Source of the DNA: a virus
Lineage: Duplodnaviria; Caudoviricetes
Virus record (IMG/VR): IMGVR_UViG_3300028805_000088
Coordinates: 25,029-89,028 of that record
Reading direction: 5' to 3' (one strand)
Length of the DNA: 64,000 nt
This document shows positions 48,317-58,743 of the stretch, in pieces (the stretch's first letter is position 1; each line of letters opens with the position of its first letter). Below the pieces are notes generated by a model. It was not told the DNA's origin. It made no database searches and saw only the letters and a list, made by a program, of their open reading frames with translations. The translations under genes were made by a program, and so were the position numbers.

Positions 48317-48508
48317 ATGGATAGAAATGTAGATTTTTCAAAAATGTCTAACTCAGAAATTAATTTAAAAATTATGAGTTATGATAATGAATACGACATT
48401 CGTAAAAGTAAAATAATAGAATTGGTACATGAGTTGGAAGACTTGGATTTTTTATACAGAAAAGCTACCAATGAACTTAAAAAAAGAGGTGTTTTAAGTA
48501 ATGAGTGA
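48317..48508 (+). CDS. small coiled-coil protein
   Basis: coupled ORF. Confidence 0.6.
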   Translation: MDRNVDFSKMSNSEINLKIMSYDNEYDIRKSKIIELVHELEDLDFLYRKATNELKKRGVLSNE

Positions 48509-49451
48509 ATTTAGAGTTGTTGTCGCAAAAGTAAGGGAAGTTGAAAACATAAACTCTTCATACATTGATGATGGATTACATGAATTGGATAAACCTTACG
48601 ATGGTCTTAGAATAAGAGCAGAAATTGAAGGCAAAGACTACCCAAAGAACAATGAACCAAAATATCTTCCTTGGGCATTTCCTCTATTGCCAAAAACTTT
48701 TCAAAGTATTCCAAAAGTGGGGGAGTCTGTTCTTCTAATATATGATGCATCATCGAATGGACAAAGATATTATATCGGCCCTATAATTTCGCAGCCACAA
48801 TTTAATGCATATTGTGAGCCAAAAAATGCCACATCGTTATTAATGGAACCAGCGCATAATAAACCATTGGAAAGGGTATCCAATAATGATGATACGAAGG
48901 GTGCATACCCAAAATCATCAGATGTTGCTGTTATTGGTAGAGGTGCTGAAGATGTTATTTTAAGATATAATAAAACCACAAAAGAAAGTGAAGTTCAACT
49001 TAGAGCTGGTGTTCGTGGAGAACCCACAAACGACCCAAATCCTAATATGGTTGGAAATATTATATTTAATGGGACTGACCCAGCTTATATACAATTAAAA
49101 TATAAGAGTGGATTAACAAAAAAACAAAATCAACAAGGAAATAGTATCATCAATATGGTCGCCAATAGAATCAATATCATGAGTAATAAAGATGATAATA
49201 TTGCTCATAATCTAAAGGATAAAAACCATATGATTTTGGATGAGAAAATGGATGAAATTATGGACAGTCTGCACCAAGTCCCAATGGGAGATAAACTTGT
49301 TGAATTGTTAAAAATAATGAAAGGTTGCATTATGCACCACGTTCATCCTTGGGCTGGCATGGAACAATGCGGTGACTGGGGAGGATATATCAATAAACTT
49401 GACGGATACGATATTGATTCAATTCTTTCAAAATATGTTAGAATATCATAA
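48501..49451 (+). CDS. baseplate central spike / gp5-gpV-like protein
   Basis: RIRAEI...WAFPLLP....IPKVGESV...RYYIG OB-fold pattern; C-terminal HHVH. Confidence 0.6.
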   Translation: MSEFRVVVAKVREVENINSSYIDDGLHELDKPYDGLRIRAEIEGKDYPKNNEPKYLPWAFPLLPKTFQSIPKVGESVLLIYDASSNGQRYYIGPIISQPQFNAYCEPKNATSLLMEPAHNKPLERVSNNDDTKGAYPKSSDVAVIGRGAEDVILRYNKTTKESEVQLRAGVRGEPTNDPNPNMVGNIIFNGTDPAYIQLKYKSGLTKKQNQQGNSIINMVANRINIMSNKDDNIAHNLKDKNHMILDEKMDEIMDSLHQVPMGDKLVELLKIMKGCIMHHVHPWAGMEQCGDWGGYINKLDGYDIDSILSKYVRIS

Positions 49452-49454
49452 AAC

Positions 49455-49486
49455 AAAAAAAGGATAGACTGTTCTATCCTTTTTTT
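49455..49486. terminator. bidirectional terminator
   Basis: AAAGGATAGA/TCTATCCTTT. Confidence 0.85.
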
Positions 49487-50027
49487 ATGCTTTAAACTCT
49501 GATGAATCAACTGGGCTGCACTGCACAGTTCTGTATAGTGGAACTGTACCCCAAAGTGTGTGTGTATTGCCGTAGTTATTTCTACCATCGTTATTAACAA
49601 CGAAAAACTCCATGTGTTCAGGTGAAATCTGTACACCTATGTAATCGCCTTTCTTAATGTCCGCATTAAGTTCATCTAATGTCTCTTGATACACCCCAAC
49701 AGTGAGCTTACCTGTCTTCATATAAGTTCCCAACTGTTTCTCCTTATCATAGGATTTTAACTCTGGTTCTTCAATCTTATATACACAAGGTATTTCAATT
49801 GGTGTCTTGTATGTTACATCATCTGGGTCTGTCTCACCGTATACAGCATCCACTTGTGTCTTGGATGCGTCAACTTGGTATAACACAACTGTTTGACCCA
49901 TATCTTGCTCGATATAGTTTTTACCTATTTCTCTTTCCAATGCAAATGACTCTGCATCGTAGAATAAACTGTTTCTATTAATCGGAACACGTCTTATGTT
50001 TTTTGTGTTAAATTGTATTTTTGTCAT
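49485..50027 (-). CDS. neck / head-closure protein (gp14-like)
   Basis: GQTVVLYQVD...VYGE...IKKGDYI pattern; late motif at 50045..50052. Confidence 0.5.
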   Translation of the reverse strand: MTKIQFNTKNIRRVPINRNSLFYDAESFALEREIGKNYIEQDMGQTVVLYQVDASKTQVDAVYGETDPDDVTYKTPIEIPCVYKIEEPELKSYDKEKQLGTYMKTGKLTVGVYQETLDELNADIKKGDYIGVQISPEHMEFFVVNNDGRNNYGNTHTLWGTVPLYRTVQCSPVDSSEFKA

Positions 50028-50076
50028 AATATTACAATATATTATATAAATATATGAAAAAAACTAATTGGTAGGT

Positions 50077-50107
50077 ATTGATTTTTACAAATTTTATATT
50101 ATATTTT
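50077..50107 (+). promoter_or_regulatory. variant (middle?) promoter (SNF2 helicase)
   Basis: ATTG-N19-TATATTTT. Confidence 0.55.
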
Positions 50108-50130
50108 AACTACAGTTAAAATATAATATA

Positions 50131-52095
50131 ATGGCACTTTCATTAGAAAAGATTGATAATGCACACAAACTATTGAAAGAGTATAGTGGAACTAACTCTT
50201 ACATAATTCGTCTCAAAAATTCTGTTTTCGTCTATAAAACAAAGACAATGAATGATTTTGAGGCTGAGTATGTATTGTATAATCACGATAAAGAGCCAAA
50301 GCTGATTAATAAGATTGTGAGAATTCCAGATTGGTATGGAAAGAAACGTCAAGAGGAATGGGAGACTGAATTTGTACCAGATAGATTTAAGATAACTTGG
50401 TACATGGGAGAGACAAACCAATTCTACCATTTCTATTGTATCTATAGAAGGTCACAAGAAAAAGCAGTTGAAGTATTTGCTCCCAAAAGAGCAATATTGA
50501 CTGATTTTTTATCTGAGGATTGGAATTTGAAAGAAATCGATTTTAAGCCCTACAACGACCGAAGTGGGCGCACCCTTTATCCTTATCAAGAAGAGGCTGT
50601 AAAGTTCCTTACAAGCCGTAAAAAGGGCATTCTAGCTAGCGAAATGGGTAGTGGCAAGACATTAGCAGCAATCATAGCGGCATTGGAAGACAAATATCAG
50701 AAAATATTAATAATATGTCCTGCTTCTGTAAAGATGACATGGAAAAAGGAATTGGAGTTATTAGTACCAAGTGATGACATAACAATTGTAGAAGGAAGTA
50801 AATGGAAAGAGAATAAATTCACAATTATTAATTATGACATACTGAAGAATTTCTATGAAGTTCCAACTGAGGTCGTTAAGAAAAAAGAACTTAACTTAAA
50901 TGATGAAGGAAAAGTTGTAAAGGTTGTTAAGGAGAAAACTGTTGTGTCTAGAAAGAAAGCTGTGATAAGTGAAGCTATGGGTAACAGTCAATTATACCAA
51001 TCAAAGTTTGACCTAATAATAATTGATGAAGCGCATAGGTTATCTAATACAACAAGTGGCATATTCAAAATTGTGTCTGACCTTCTTAATAGAAGTAATC
51101 CAAAAGGTATATACGCAATCACAGGTACACCAATTACAAATCGCCCAATAAATTTCTTTAACATATTGAAAATAATAGATGCTCCATTGGCAAATGATTG
51201 GAAGCATTATGTTGAAAGGTATTGTGATGGACGTTGGTTCTATAATAAGAAAGAGCGTGATGCATATTGTGCAATTTTCTGTAGGAAGAAAAAGAAAGAA
51301 AATTGGTATGCGTTGACAGATGAAGAGAAAGAAGAACTTGATAAAATACTCGATAAAAATTGTAAGAAGATTTGGGTAACAGATGGTTCTTCAAATCTCG
51401 ATGAATTACAAGAGGTTGTTAAACCGTATTATCTAAGAAGATTGAAAAGTGATTTTGGTAAAATCGTAAAGAAAACAGTAAAAGTTTTGAATTATAAATT
51501 AACTAAAAAAGAAAGAGAAGAATATGATGGAGTCTGGGATGAATATCTTCAAGCTCAAGAAGGAAAGGGTAAAGAGGACATTGAGAAATATAAAAAGATT
51601 ACTGAGGGCATTATGCTGCGACAATGGCTAGCTAAGTCAATGACTAATAAGACAATTAAGCTTGCAGAAAAATGTATTAACTTAGGACATAAGGTTGTTA
51701 TATTCTGTTCATTTGATGAGGAACTAAATACAATAAAAGAACATTTTGGAAAACTATGTGTGGTACATAATGGTAAACTCACAATGAAAAAGAAAAACGA
51801 TTCTGTAGAGAAATTCCAAAATGACCCAAGCATCAAGGTATTCATAGGTAATATACAAAGCGCAGGAGTGGGACTGACACTTGTAGCAAGTCGTGTTGCA
51901 ATCTTCAATAGTTTTAGTTGGGTTAGTGGAGATAATCTACAAGCAGAGGACAGAATACACAGACTTAATCAAAAAAATGATGTAACTATTTACTATCAAG
52001 TTTATTCTGATACATTTTATAAGGAAATGCTTGAGAAGGTAAGGGGAAAACAAGAAATAATCGACAATATAATTGTTAGCGAAAATGAAAAGTAG
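50131..52095 (+). CDS. SNF2/SMARCAL1-like helicase
   Basis: LYPYQ, EMGSGKT, ICPAS, IIIDEAH, TGTP, GVGLTL, QAEDRIHR. Confidence 0.92.
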   Translation: MALSLEKIDNAHKLLKEYSGTNSYIIRLKNSVFVYKTKTMNDFEAEYVLYNHDKEPKLINKIVRIPDWYGKKRQEEWETEFVPDRFKITWYMGETNQFYHFYCIYRRSQEKAVEVFAPKRAILTDFLSEDWNLKEIDFKPYNDRSGRTLYPYQEEAVKFLTSRKKGILASEMGSGKTLAAIIAALEDKYQKILIICPASVKMTWKKELELLVPSDDITIVEGSKWKENKFTIINYDILKNFYEVPTEVVKKKELNLNDEGKVVKVVKEKTVVSRKKAVISEAMGNSQLYQSKFDLIIIDEAHRLSNTTSGIFKIVSDLLNRSNPKGIYAITGTPITNRPINFFNILKIIDAPLANDWKHYVERYCDGRWFYNKKERDAYCAIFCRKKKKENWYALTDEEKEELDKILDKNCKKIWVTDGSSNLDELQEVVKPYYLRRLKSDFGKIVKKTVKVLNYKLTKKEREEYDGVWDEYLQAQEGKGKEDIEKYKKITEGIMLRQWLAKSMTNKTIKLAEKCINLGHKVVIFCSFDEELNTIKEHFGKLCVVHNGKLTMKKKNDSVEKFQNDPSIKVFIGNIQSAGVGLTLVASRVAIFNSFSWVSGDNLQAEDRIHRLNQKNDVTIYYQVYSDTFYKEMLEKVRGKQEIIDNIIVSENEK

Positions 52096-52252
52096 TTACA
52101 TGGAATATTTGGGTGGCATTGTAAAAACAACTTGCCCTCATTGCCAAAAAGAGTTTACATTCACGCTTAAAGAAATTACATATGGATTCCTATATCCAGA
52201 ATCTATTAAATGCAAATTTTGTGGTAATTTTATTGAATTAAAAGATAAATAA
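52085..52252 (+). CDS. 55-aa zinc-ribbon protein missing from the track
   Basis: CPHC...CKFC; translated by hand. Confidence 0.65.
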   Translation: MKSSYMEYLGGIVKTTCPHCQKEFTFTLKEITYGFLYPESIKCKFCGNFIELKDK

Positions 52253-52272
52253 TAAAGTTAAAATAGATTGTT

Positions 52273-52794
52273 ATGGAGTTTAAAATTGAACTTAAAGACA
52301 TTGAAAAACTATCCATTGAAAAAGGTAGGATTATCACCAATAAAAAAGGTAAAAAAATTGAGTACATTATCAATAATGATGTGATTACTGAAGTTAATCC
52401 ATACGATGAGGCTAGAATTGCAGAGGAAAAAATTAACAAGCTTTTGGGTAGTAACGATGGCGTAAAGAAAATTAACACTCTTATGAGAATGACAGATAGA
52501 GTTAATCCTAACGACCCATGTTACTGTGCTGAAGATACATTGAATTACAAGTATGCAATTTCAAAAGAACCAGCTAGTCCAACAAAGAACACAGACGTTG
52601 GAAAAGCAAATATTATAATCAATTTAGATAAAGCAGGAGTTCTAGATGAGATAGCAGAAAAAAACAAGGAAAAAATTGCGGCAGAATTAGAAAAAGATAA
52701 AGAATACGAAAACGATTATTATGACGATAGGGCTGAAAAAATAGCAAAACTCAAAAAAGCAATTGAAAAATTAGAATCAGAAAATAATAAGTAA
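52273..52794 (+). CDS. hypothetical protein
   Basis: ORF in operon. Confidence 0.65.
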   Translation: MEFKIELKDIEKLSIEKGRIITNKKGKKIEYIINNDVITEVNPYDEARIAEEKINKLLGSNDGVKKINTLMRMTDRVNPNDPCYCAEDTLNYKYAISKEPASPTKNTDVGKANIIINLDKAGVLDEIAEKNKEKIAAELEKDKEYENDYYDDRAEKIAKLKKAIEKLESENNK

Positions 52795-52795
52795 T

Positions 52796-53197
52796 ATGGA
52801 AGAGGAAGAGGTTGTAAGACTTGGATTTATCCATCTGATTGGTGAGGAAACTGATGGATATTATAGGTATCAATTCATATTTACAAATAACATTGATGAG
52901 TTCTGGGGTGATGACTTTGAACAGAAGCCTTGTTGTCTTGTAAATGGGTTGATGCCAAGTGATGAATATATCTATGAGGTTCACATTGTAAAGATGAAAA
53001 TTAAGTTAGACCTCATACAAGATAATTGCTGCTTTGGATTCCAAGACTGTACCGATGGCGTTATTGCATTGGCATGGGAAAACATGGATGACTATGACGA
53101 ATATCCAGAGGAAGGTAGAATATTCTTCAGATTTGGAGAGACTTTGGAAGAAGTAGAAAATAAATTGGCAATTAAAAATGTTTTAATGTTAAATTAA
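52796..53197 (+). CDS. acidic hypothetical protein
   Basis: ORF in operon. Confidence 0.65.
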   Translation: MEEEEVVRLGFIHLIGEETDGYYRYQFIFTNNIDEFWGDDFEQKPCCLVNGLMPSDEYIYEVHIVKMKIKLDLIQDNCCFGFQDCTDGVIALAWENMDDYDEYPEEGRIFFRFGETLEEVENKLAIKNVLMLN

Positions 53198-53198
53198 T

Positions 53199-53453
53199 AT
53201 GGTTGAGCCAAAATTTAAAAAAGGAGATTATATCATTAACAGAACATCTGGCGATATGGCAATAGTTGATAGTGTTACTGCAAAAAACTATTACCATTTC
53301 AAGGCATATTATGGTTCAATGTTTAATGACCTTAAAGACGTAAAAAACAAACTATATGATTTGCAAGTTGACTACCAAAAATTTTATGAGCTTTGCAATG
53401 AAAAAGAGAAAAAGAAATTAGATGAAATTATAAAAGAAAAAGGAGGGAAATAA
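53199..53453 (+). CDS. hypothetical protein
   Basis: ORF ending in a terminator. Confidence 0.65.
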   Translation: MVEPKFKKGDYIINRTSGDMAIVDSVTAKNYYHFKAYYGSMFNDLKDVKNKLYDLQVDYQKFYELCNEKEKKKLDEIIKEKGGK

Positions 53454-53467
53454 AATTCTCTCCTTTT
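53438..53467. terminator. bidirectional terminator
   Basis: AAGGAGGGAA/TTCTCTCCTT. Confidence 0.7.
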
Positions 53468-53855
53468 ATTTTGTTGGCTGTATGATTATATAAAGCGACT
53501 CTCTTATTGGCATATTTAACACACCACTAGGATATGTATATGAATCATTCTTTACAGAAGCATCAAAGGTAATCTCGAATGTACCCTTAAACGTTCCTGC
53601 TTCCTTTGTATCGTGTTTTTTCCAATCATAGCATATAACATACTGTTCAGTGCAATCATCATTCTCACGAAGCTTTATATAGGCTTTGCTCTTTGCCACT
53701 TTAGTGACATTGGTATCTACATTAACCATTGTGAATGTTATCTCAGCACCTTGTATGCATTCATGGAATTTCCCAAATGTGTGACGGCCATCTTCTATTA
53801 ACTCCATACGTAACGTTGGAAGGGTCGAATTTTGTGTTATGTAAAAATACTGCAT
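53466..53855 (-). CDS. BppU N-terminal-like baseplate protein
   Basis: YFYITQNSTLPTLRMEL...ITFTM...YDW...DT..AG.F.G.FEITF. Confidence 0.6.
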   Translation of the reverse strand: MQYFYITQNSTLPTLRMELIEDGRHTFGKFHECIQGAEITFTMVNVDTNVTKVAKSKAYIKLRENDDCTEQYVICYDWKKHDTKEAGTFKGTFEITFDASVKNDSYTYPSGVLNMPIRESLYIIIQPTK

Positions 53856-53870
53856 TTTTATAAAAAATAT

Positions 53871-53901
53871 ATTGATAAATAGCAAAAAATAATTATATTT
53901 T
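53871..53901 (+). promoter_or_regulatory. variant (middle?) promoter (endonuclease)
   Basis: ATTG-N19-TATATTTT. Confidence 0.5.
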
Positions 53902-53940
53902 AATGGTAGACGTGATATTTATTATTAATAAAATATAATT

Positions 53941-54885
53941 ATGGAAAAGAAAACAACTAAACAATTTGTTGAAGAAGCTAAAAAAATTCATGGAGATAAA
54001 TATGATTATTCTAAAGTAGAATACATAAATAAAAGAACTAAAGTATGTATAATATGTCCCATTCATGGTGAATTCTGGCAAAGACCTAATGACCATTTAA
54101 AAGGGTGTGGCTGTTATGAATGCGGAAGAAAAAATTGTACTGGTAAAAAAGTTGATACAAATAGCTTTATAAATGAAGCTAAAAAAATTCATGGAGATAA
54201 ATATGATTATTCTAAAGTTAATTATATTAATTCTCATACTAAAGTGTGCATAATATGTCCAATTCATGGTGAATTCTGGCAAATACCATCTGCTCACACT
54301 AGTGGTCAAGGATGTCCTAAATGTAAAACTTATAAAATTGGAAAAAATAAATATAATACAGAAATTTTTGTAAATCTTTCAAAAAAAATTCATGGAGATA
54401 AATATGATTATTCCAAAACAAAATATATCAATTCAAAAACCAAAGTATGTATAATATGCCCAGAACATGGGGAGTTTTGGCAAGAAGCTAGCAGACATTT
54501 AATGGGTGATAATTGTCCAAAATGTAAAAATAGCAGTTTAGAAAATAGTATAATAAAGCTATTATCTTCAAACAATATAAAATTTATTAATGGGTGCAAT
54601 AAAACCGTTTTACCTTGGATTGAAAGGCAGCATTTAGATTTTTATTTACCAGATTATAATGTAGCAATTGAATGTCAAGGATTACAACATTTTAAAAAAA
54701 TAGATTTTTTTGGTGGCGAGTCTAATTTTATTGAATTAAGAAAAAGAGATATAAATAAATTAAATAAATGTAAAAAAAATAATATAAAACTATTATATTT
54801 TTCAAAAGAAAATTATAACGAATTTTTAGGTGAAAAAATTTATAAAACAACAAATGATTTATTAGAAGAAATAAAAAAAGGATGA
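53941..54885 (+). mobile_element. free-standing putative homing endonuclease
   Basis: three IHGDKYDYSK..Y.N..TKVCIICP.HGEFWQ repeats; LDFYLPDYNVAIECQGLQH. Confidence 0.85.
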
Positions 54886-54905
54886 CAGATTTGTCATCCT
54901 TTTTT
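54874..54905. terminator. bidirectional terminator (endonuclease / MCP)
   Basis: AAAAAAGGATGACA/TGTCATCCTTTTTT. Confidence 0.9.
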
Positions 54906-54935
54906 ATTATAGTATTAAACTGTTTTGTCAGCGAT

Positions 54936-56981
54936 TTATCTGAACTCATTGATTGACCAATGTACAAGACCGTCAACACGAACGTGGCCATAATAGCGGT
55001 TGTTAACCATCTTCTTAGCGTAACGAGTCATGATACCCTTTACTGGTGCGAAGTTGAATGGATTGTACATAGTAGGAGTCAACTGCATTGGTACGTATGG
55101 AGCATAGATGTAACCTGTGTCAAGTAAGCTCTTACCCTTGTGACCGATGATAATTGACCAGTGTGGGCTATATGGGTCACGATATACAGTGTAACGTCCG
55201 CTTAATGAACCAATCTTCTCAATACCCATGTTGTACTGGTCGCTCTCTGCGCTAGCGTCAGATACGTGGAAGTACTCAAGGTTATCGAACAATGCGCTGA
55301 TTTCTGAAGATACTACGATGAAGTTTGCACCACCACGAAGTGTTGACTTGTGAATTTGTGCAGAAATCTGGTTAATCTTAGTCATCAACTCTTGGTTCCA
55401 GTCTTTCTGAGTATAGTTAGTTGAGAATGCAGCCATTCTTCTCCAACCATTAACATCCCAACGAGCCTGCCAAGGTGCGCCCTTACGCAAGTCACGAAGA
55501 ATCTCACGGTCAATTTCTGCTGCAATCTGCTCTGAAAGGATTGCAGTCAACTCAGCCTCTGCGTCAATGTTGTGGAATGCAGAAACGTCTTGTGCCAACT
55601 CTGGAGACCATGTAGCACGAAGCTTTCTTTCCTCAACTGAAACAGTTACTGAATCAAGCTTGAAGCTAACCTCACCGATTTCAGTCTCAAGCTCAAGAGA
55701 ATCGTACTGTGCCCAAGCTACCTTGAACAACTTAGCCATATTCTCCTTAGTTGCATCGAAATCAATTGTACCGCCAGTTGTCTTAACGATTTCAGCGTTC
55801 AACTGCTCTGCATCAACACCGATGTAACCATCGATTGTACCTGCTTGCTGAACAACTGGTTTAGCCAAGTCAAGCTCAATATACATCTTGCCATCAGCAT
55901 CGCAAATTGCACCGTACTCAACGATACCCTTACCATACTTCTGAGTTACAACTCTGAATGGAACAGACTCGAACTTACGGAAAGCTGCTGTCATAACTGC
56001 ATCTGAACCAGGAGCAGTAGCTGCGCTGAACTGAGTCTGAGTGATAACTTTCAATGAAGCAAGGAATCCTTCAGTGTCCATTTCGTTTCCATCAGGACCA
56101 GTTAACTTGCTAGCGTTGAAGCTAGAGAAACCATCAATCTCAAGGATTACGTTACGAACTGTGCCATCGAAACCACTCTTGAAGTATTGGTTAAGATTGT
56201 CAGCACCGAAAGGACGAACGCCACCAGGAGTTAGGAATACTGGAACAGCACCACCAACCTTAATAGTTACCTTACCCTTTGAGTTATCATACAAGAAGTC
56301 GTTGTAGAACAAGTCATACAAACTCTTCTGGAAGTACTGAGTTACCTCTGGACCTGCTTGACGAAGAGCAGTTACATGAAGACCCTCAGCCTCTGCACGT
56401 GCCTTAGCCTCATCGAAGCTAGTTGCATCAGCGATTTCCTCACCAAGTTGTGGAACATACCATGAGTTCTTGTCAAGCTCATTAATTGTCTCGTCTGGGA
56501 GATAGTATCTTGGCTCAACACGACCTTCCTTGTTACGGTTAACTCTGTCATAGCCCATAAGACCCTTATGACGACCTGTAGTTCCATCATAGATGTCACC
56601 AGGCTGAGTGCCACCTGTCAAGTCTGCTGGAAGCTCCCACTCTCTCTCTGAAGTAACAGGAAGAATGAAGAACAACTTACCAACTGGAAGGTTCATTGCT
56701 TGAACTGATACAATGTCATTAGCAAGAAGCTTGCTAAATACCCTACGAATGATAGGGAATACAACGGTCTCGAATGAACCGCTATTATCTGAAGCAGTAG
56801 CCTCGTAAATCAAGTGCTTTGCCTCATTCTCATACAATGTAGCAACATTCTCCTTAATGCCCTCTGGAAGGCCCTCTGTGAATCCAAGCTGGTCCCAACG
56901 GTTCTGAATGTCCTCACGTATCTGTTTTTGTGCGTTGTACTCGATATTACCAACTACACCACTTGATAAAAATTCTTTCAT
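54936..56981 (-). CDS. major capsid protein, T4 gp23-like
   Basis: VQAMNLPVG, RKLRATWSPELAQDV...DAEAELT.ILSEQIAAEIDREIL, YAPYVP, GIMTRY. Confidence 0.93.
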   Translation of the reverse strand: MKEFLSSGVVGNIEYNAQKQIREDIQNRWDQLGFTEGLPEGIKENVATLYENEAKHLIYEATASDNSGSFETVVFPIIRRVFSKLLANDIVSVQAMNLPVGKLFFILPVTSEREWELPADLTGGTQPGDIYDGTTGRHKGLMGYDRVNRNKEGRVEPRYYLPDETINELDKNSWYVPQLGEEIADATSFDEAKARAEAEGLHVTALRQAGPEVTQYFQKSLYDLFYNDFLYDNSKGKVTIKVGGAVPVFLTPGGVRPFGADNLNQYFKSGFDGTVRNVILEIDGFSSFNASKLTGPDGNEMDTEGFLASLKVITQTQFSAATAPGSDAVMTAAFRKFESVPFRVVTQKYGKGIVEYGAICDADGKMYIELDLAKPVVQQAGTIDGYIGVDAEQLNAEIVKTTGGTIDFDATKENMAKLFKVAWAQYDSLELETEIGEVSFKLDSVTVSVEERKLRATWSPELAQDVSAFHNIDAEAELTAILSEQIAAEIDREILRDLRKGAPWQARWDVNGWRRMAAFSTNYTQKDWNQELMTKINQISAQIHKSTLRGGANFIVVSSEISALFDNLEYFHVSDASAESDQYNMGIEKIGSLSGRYTVYRDPYSPHWSIIIGHKGKSLLDTGYIYAPYVPMQLTPTMYNPFNFAPVKGIMTRYAKKMVNNRYYGHVRVDGLVHWSINEFR

Positions 56982-57021
56982 ATAGATAAATGAAGTTTAT
57001 TTAACTTATTATTATTTTTTA

Positions 57022-57029
57022 TATAAATA
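57022..57029 (-). promoter_or_regulatory. putative late promoter TATTTATA (major capsid)
   Basis: 40 nt upstream of the MCP start. Confidence 0.7.
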
Positions 57030-57050
57030 TACACAAATTCAGAAAAATTA

Positions 57051-58577
57051 TTATTTCATCATTCTGTGCATCAAATCAAGAGAATCTAATACGTCTGGTG
57101 ACTGATAGATTTTTGTCTCATTGATTTTCTTTGAACCCTCTACTGTAAGAGAAGCCTCTTCAGTGATGTTCATCTTCTTTGACTTCTGAAGGTCTCTGCT
57201 GATTGACTCATAAAGGTTCTTAGAAGCCTCTACAGTCTTTGCCTCATTTGAGAATCTTGAGATAATCTCTTTCTTCTCGTCTTGAGTTGTTGAGTTCTCA
57301 GAAATCAACTTGATAATCATACCAAGATTGTGATTTGTTACAGCAGCCTCTTTCAATGATGTCATAACATCAGTCAAGGTAGCCTTCAACTCTTTGTTCT
57401 CAGCAAGAACTTTATTTGCTCTCTTCATAAAGCTCTCTGAAACTGTATCTTCTTCACCACCGCTATAACGTGGAGTTACAGTACCCTTAACTCTCTTTCC
57501 GCCTTTACTCATAGAACGAGCGTTACGACCATTTGAGTTAGGAACGTGAGACTTAGATGTGCTGTTCTGTTGTACGAATCCACCAACGTTTGTTGCTTCC
57601 TCTACAGGAGCCTCAACATTGCCACACTCTTCAACTGCACCTTCTACAGCTTCCTCTTCTTCAAGTTGTTTACCCTTCTTGTCATTGAATGGCTTGTCTG
57701 CTTTATTTTTCTTGCCTGGGTATCCTGACCAAGGTTTCTCAGTTCCATGAGGAACACCTGCGTCCCAGTCGTTTACATTTTTGCCTGGCTCTGACATGCC
57801 TGGATTTGTCATTACATCCTTTTTCTGATAATTGTCAGTGTATCCTACGTTTGAATCATACTCTAATACTAATTCAAACATTCTCTCTGTTGATTCATTC
57901 ATATCGTTATTCTCATTTTCAAAATCATCTTCTGCACCGAAATCATCAGCACCTTCATCATCAGTAATTACATCATCACTTGGTTCAGATGCTGCAACAC
58001 CAGTTGCTTCACCATTGTCTCCAAGATTGATTAGGTACTCAGCTCCAGTTTCGTTGTCTTGAATGTTTACGTTACCATTATCGTCCTTATGAACGAGTAT
58101 CTGGTCATCGTTCTTCATTAGCTTGTAAACCTTTACGATTTCCTCGTCTTCCGCATTAGAAAAGTCATACTCATCGTCTGATATTTTATATTTGTCAAAC
58201 TCTGCCCATTCGTCACCTTCATCGCTTGGCTCGCCACCTTCCTTTGCACCATCTACAACAGTGTCATCACCGCCCTCAACAGCAGCATCGTCAATTGGCT
58301 CGTCAGCTTCCATACCAGTGTCAGTACCCTCTACATCATCTGTAGCAGCATCTACTGATTCAGCATTATTTGTAATATCAGAACTAGTATCTTCCACTTC
58401 CTCTTCTTCGTAGTCCTTGTCATCGTCCTCAGACAATAACTTGGCATATGTATCACGTACAGCCTCATCTAAAAGAGTTTTGACCGCACTCTCAGTATTT
58501 TCCTTCAAAGAATTAGCGAGTGCATTGTAATCCAATAAAGATTCTTTCACTACTTTGCTTCTAATATTTTTATTCAT
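57051..58577 (-). CDS. prohead core / scaffold protein
   Basis: acidic disordered middle, C-terminal coil, many L/I-x-E sites; lies between protease and MCP. Confidence 0.7.
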   Translation of the reverse strand: MNKNIRSKVVKESLLDYNALANSLKENTESAVKTLLDEAVRDTYAKLLSEDDDKDYEEEEVEDTSSDITNNAESVDAATDDVEGTDTGMEADEPIDDAAVEGGDDTVVDGAKEGGEPSDEGDEWAEFDKYKISDDEYDFSNAEDEEIVKVYKLMKNDDQILVHKDDNGNVNIQDNETGAEYLINLGDNGEATGVAASEPSDDVITDDEGADDFGAEDDFENENNDMNESTERMFELVLEYDSNVGYTDNYQKKDVMTNPGMSEPGKNVNDWDAGVPHGTEKPWSGYPGKKNKADKPFNDKKGKQLEEEEAVEGAVEECGNVEAPVEEATNVGGFVQQNSTSKSHVPNSNGRNARSMSKGGKRVKGTVTPRYSGGEEDTVSESFMKRANKVLAENKELKATLTDVMTSLKEAAVTNHNLGMIIKLISENSTTQDEKKEIISRFSNEAKTVEASKNLYESISRDLQKSKKMNITEEASLTVEGSKKINETKIYQSPDVLDSLDLMHRMMK

Positions 58578-58608
58578 TTAGAAAATAAATTTAATACATT
58601 ATTTTAAT

Positions 58609-58616
58609 TATAAATA
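58609..58616 (-). promoter_or_regulatory. putative late promoter TATTTATA (scaffold)
   Basis: 31 nt upstream of the start. Confidence 0.7.
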
Positions 58617-58705
58617 TTACATAATTACAAAAAAATTACGTCAATTCCACTAAAATAATAATGTTTCAGTACTTTTTATGTACTTGTAAATATGCATTGG
58701 TATTA

Positions 58706-58719
58706 TATAAATATTTATA
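58706..58719. promoter_or_regulatory. back-to-back late promoters forming palindrome TATAAATATTTATA
   Basis: perfect 14-bp palindrome between divergent scaffold and protease genes; another copy at 58730..58737. Confidence 0.65.
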
Positions 58720-58743
58720 TTGTACCAAATATTTATATTAAAA

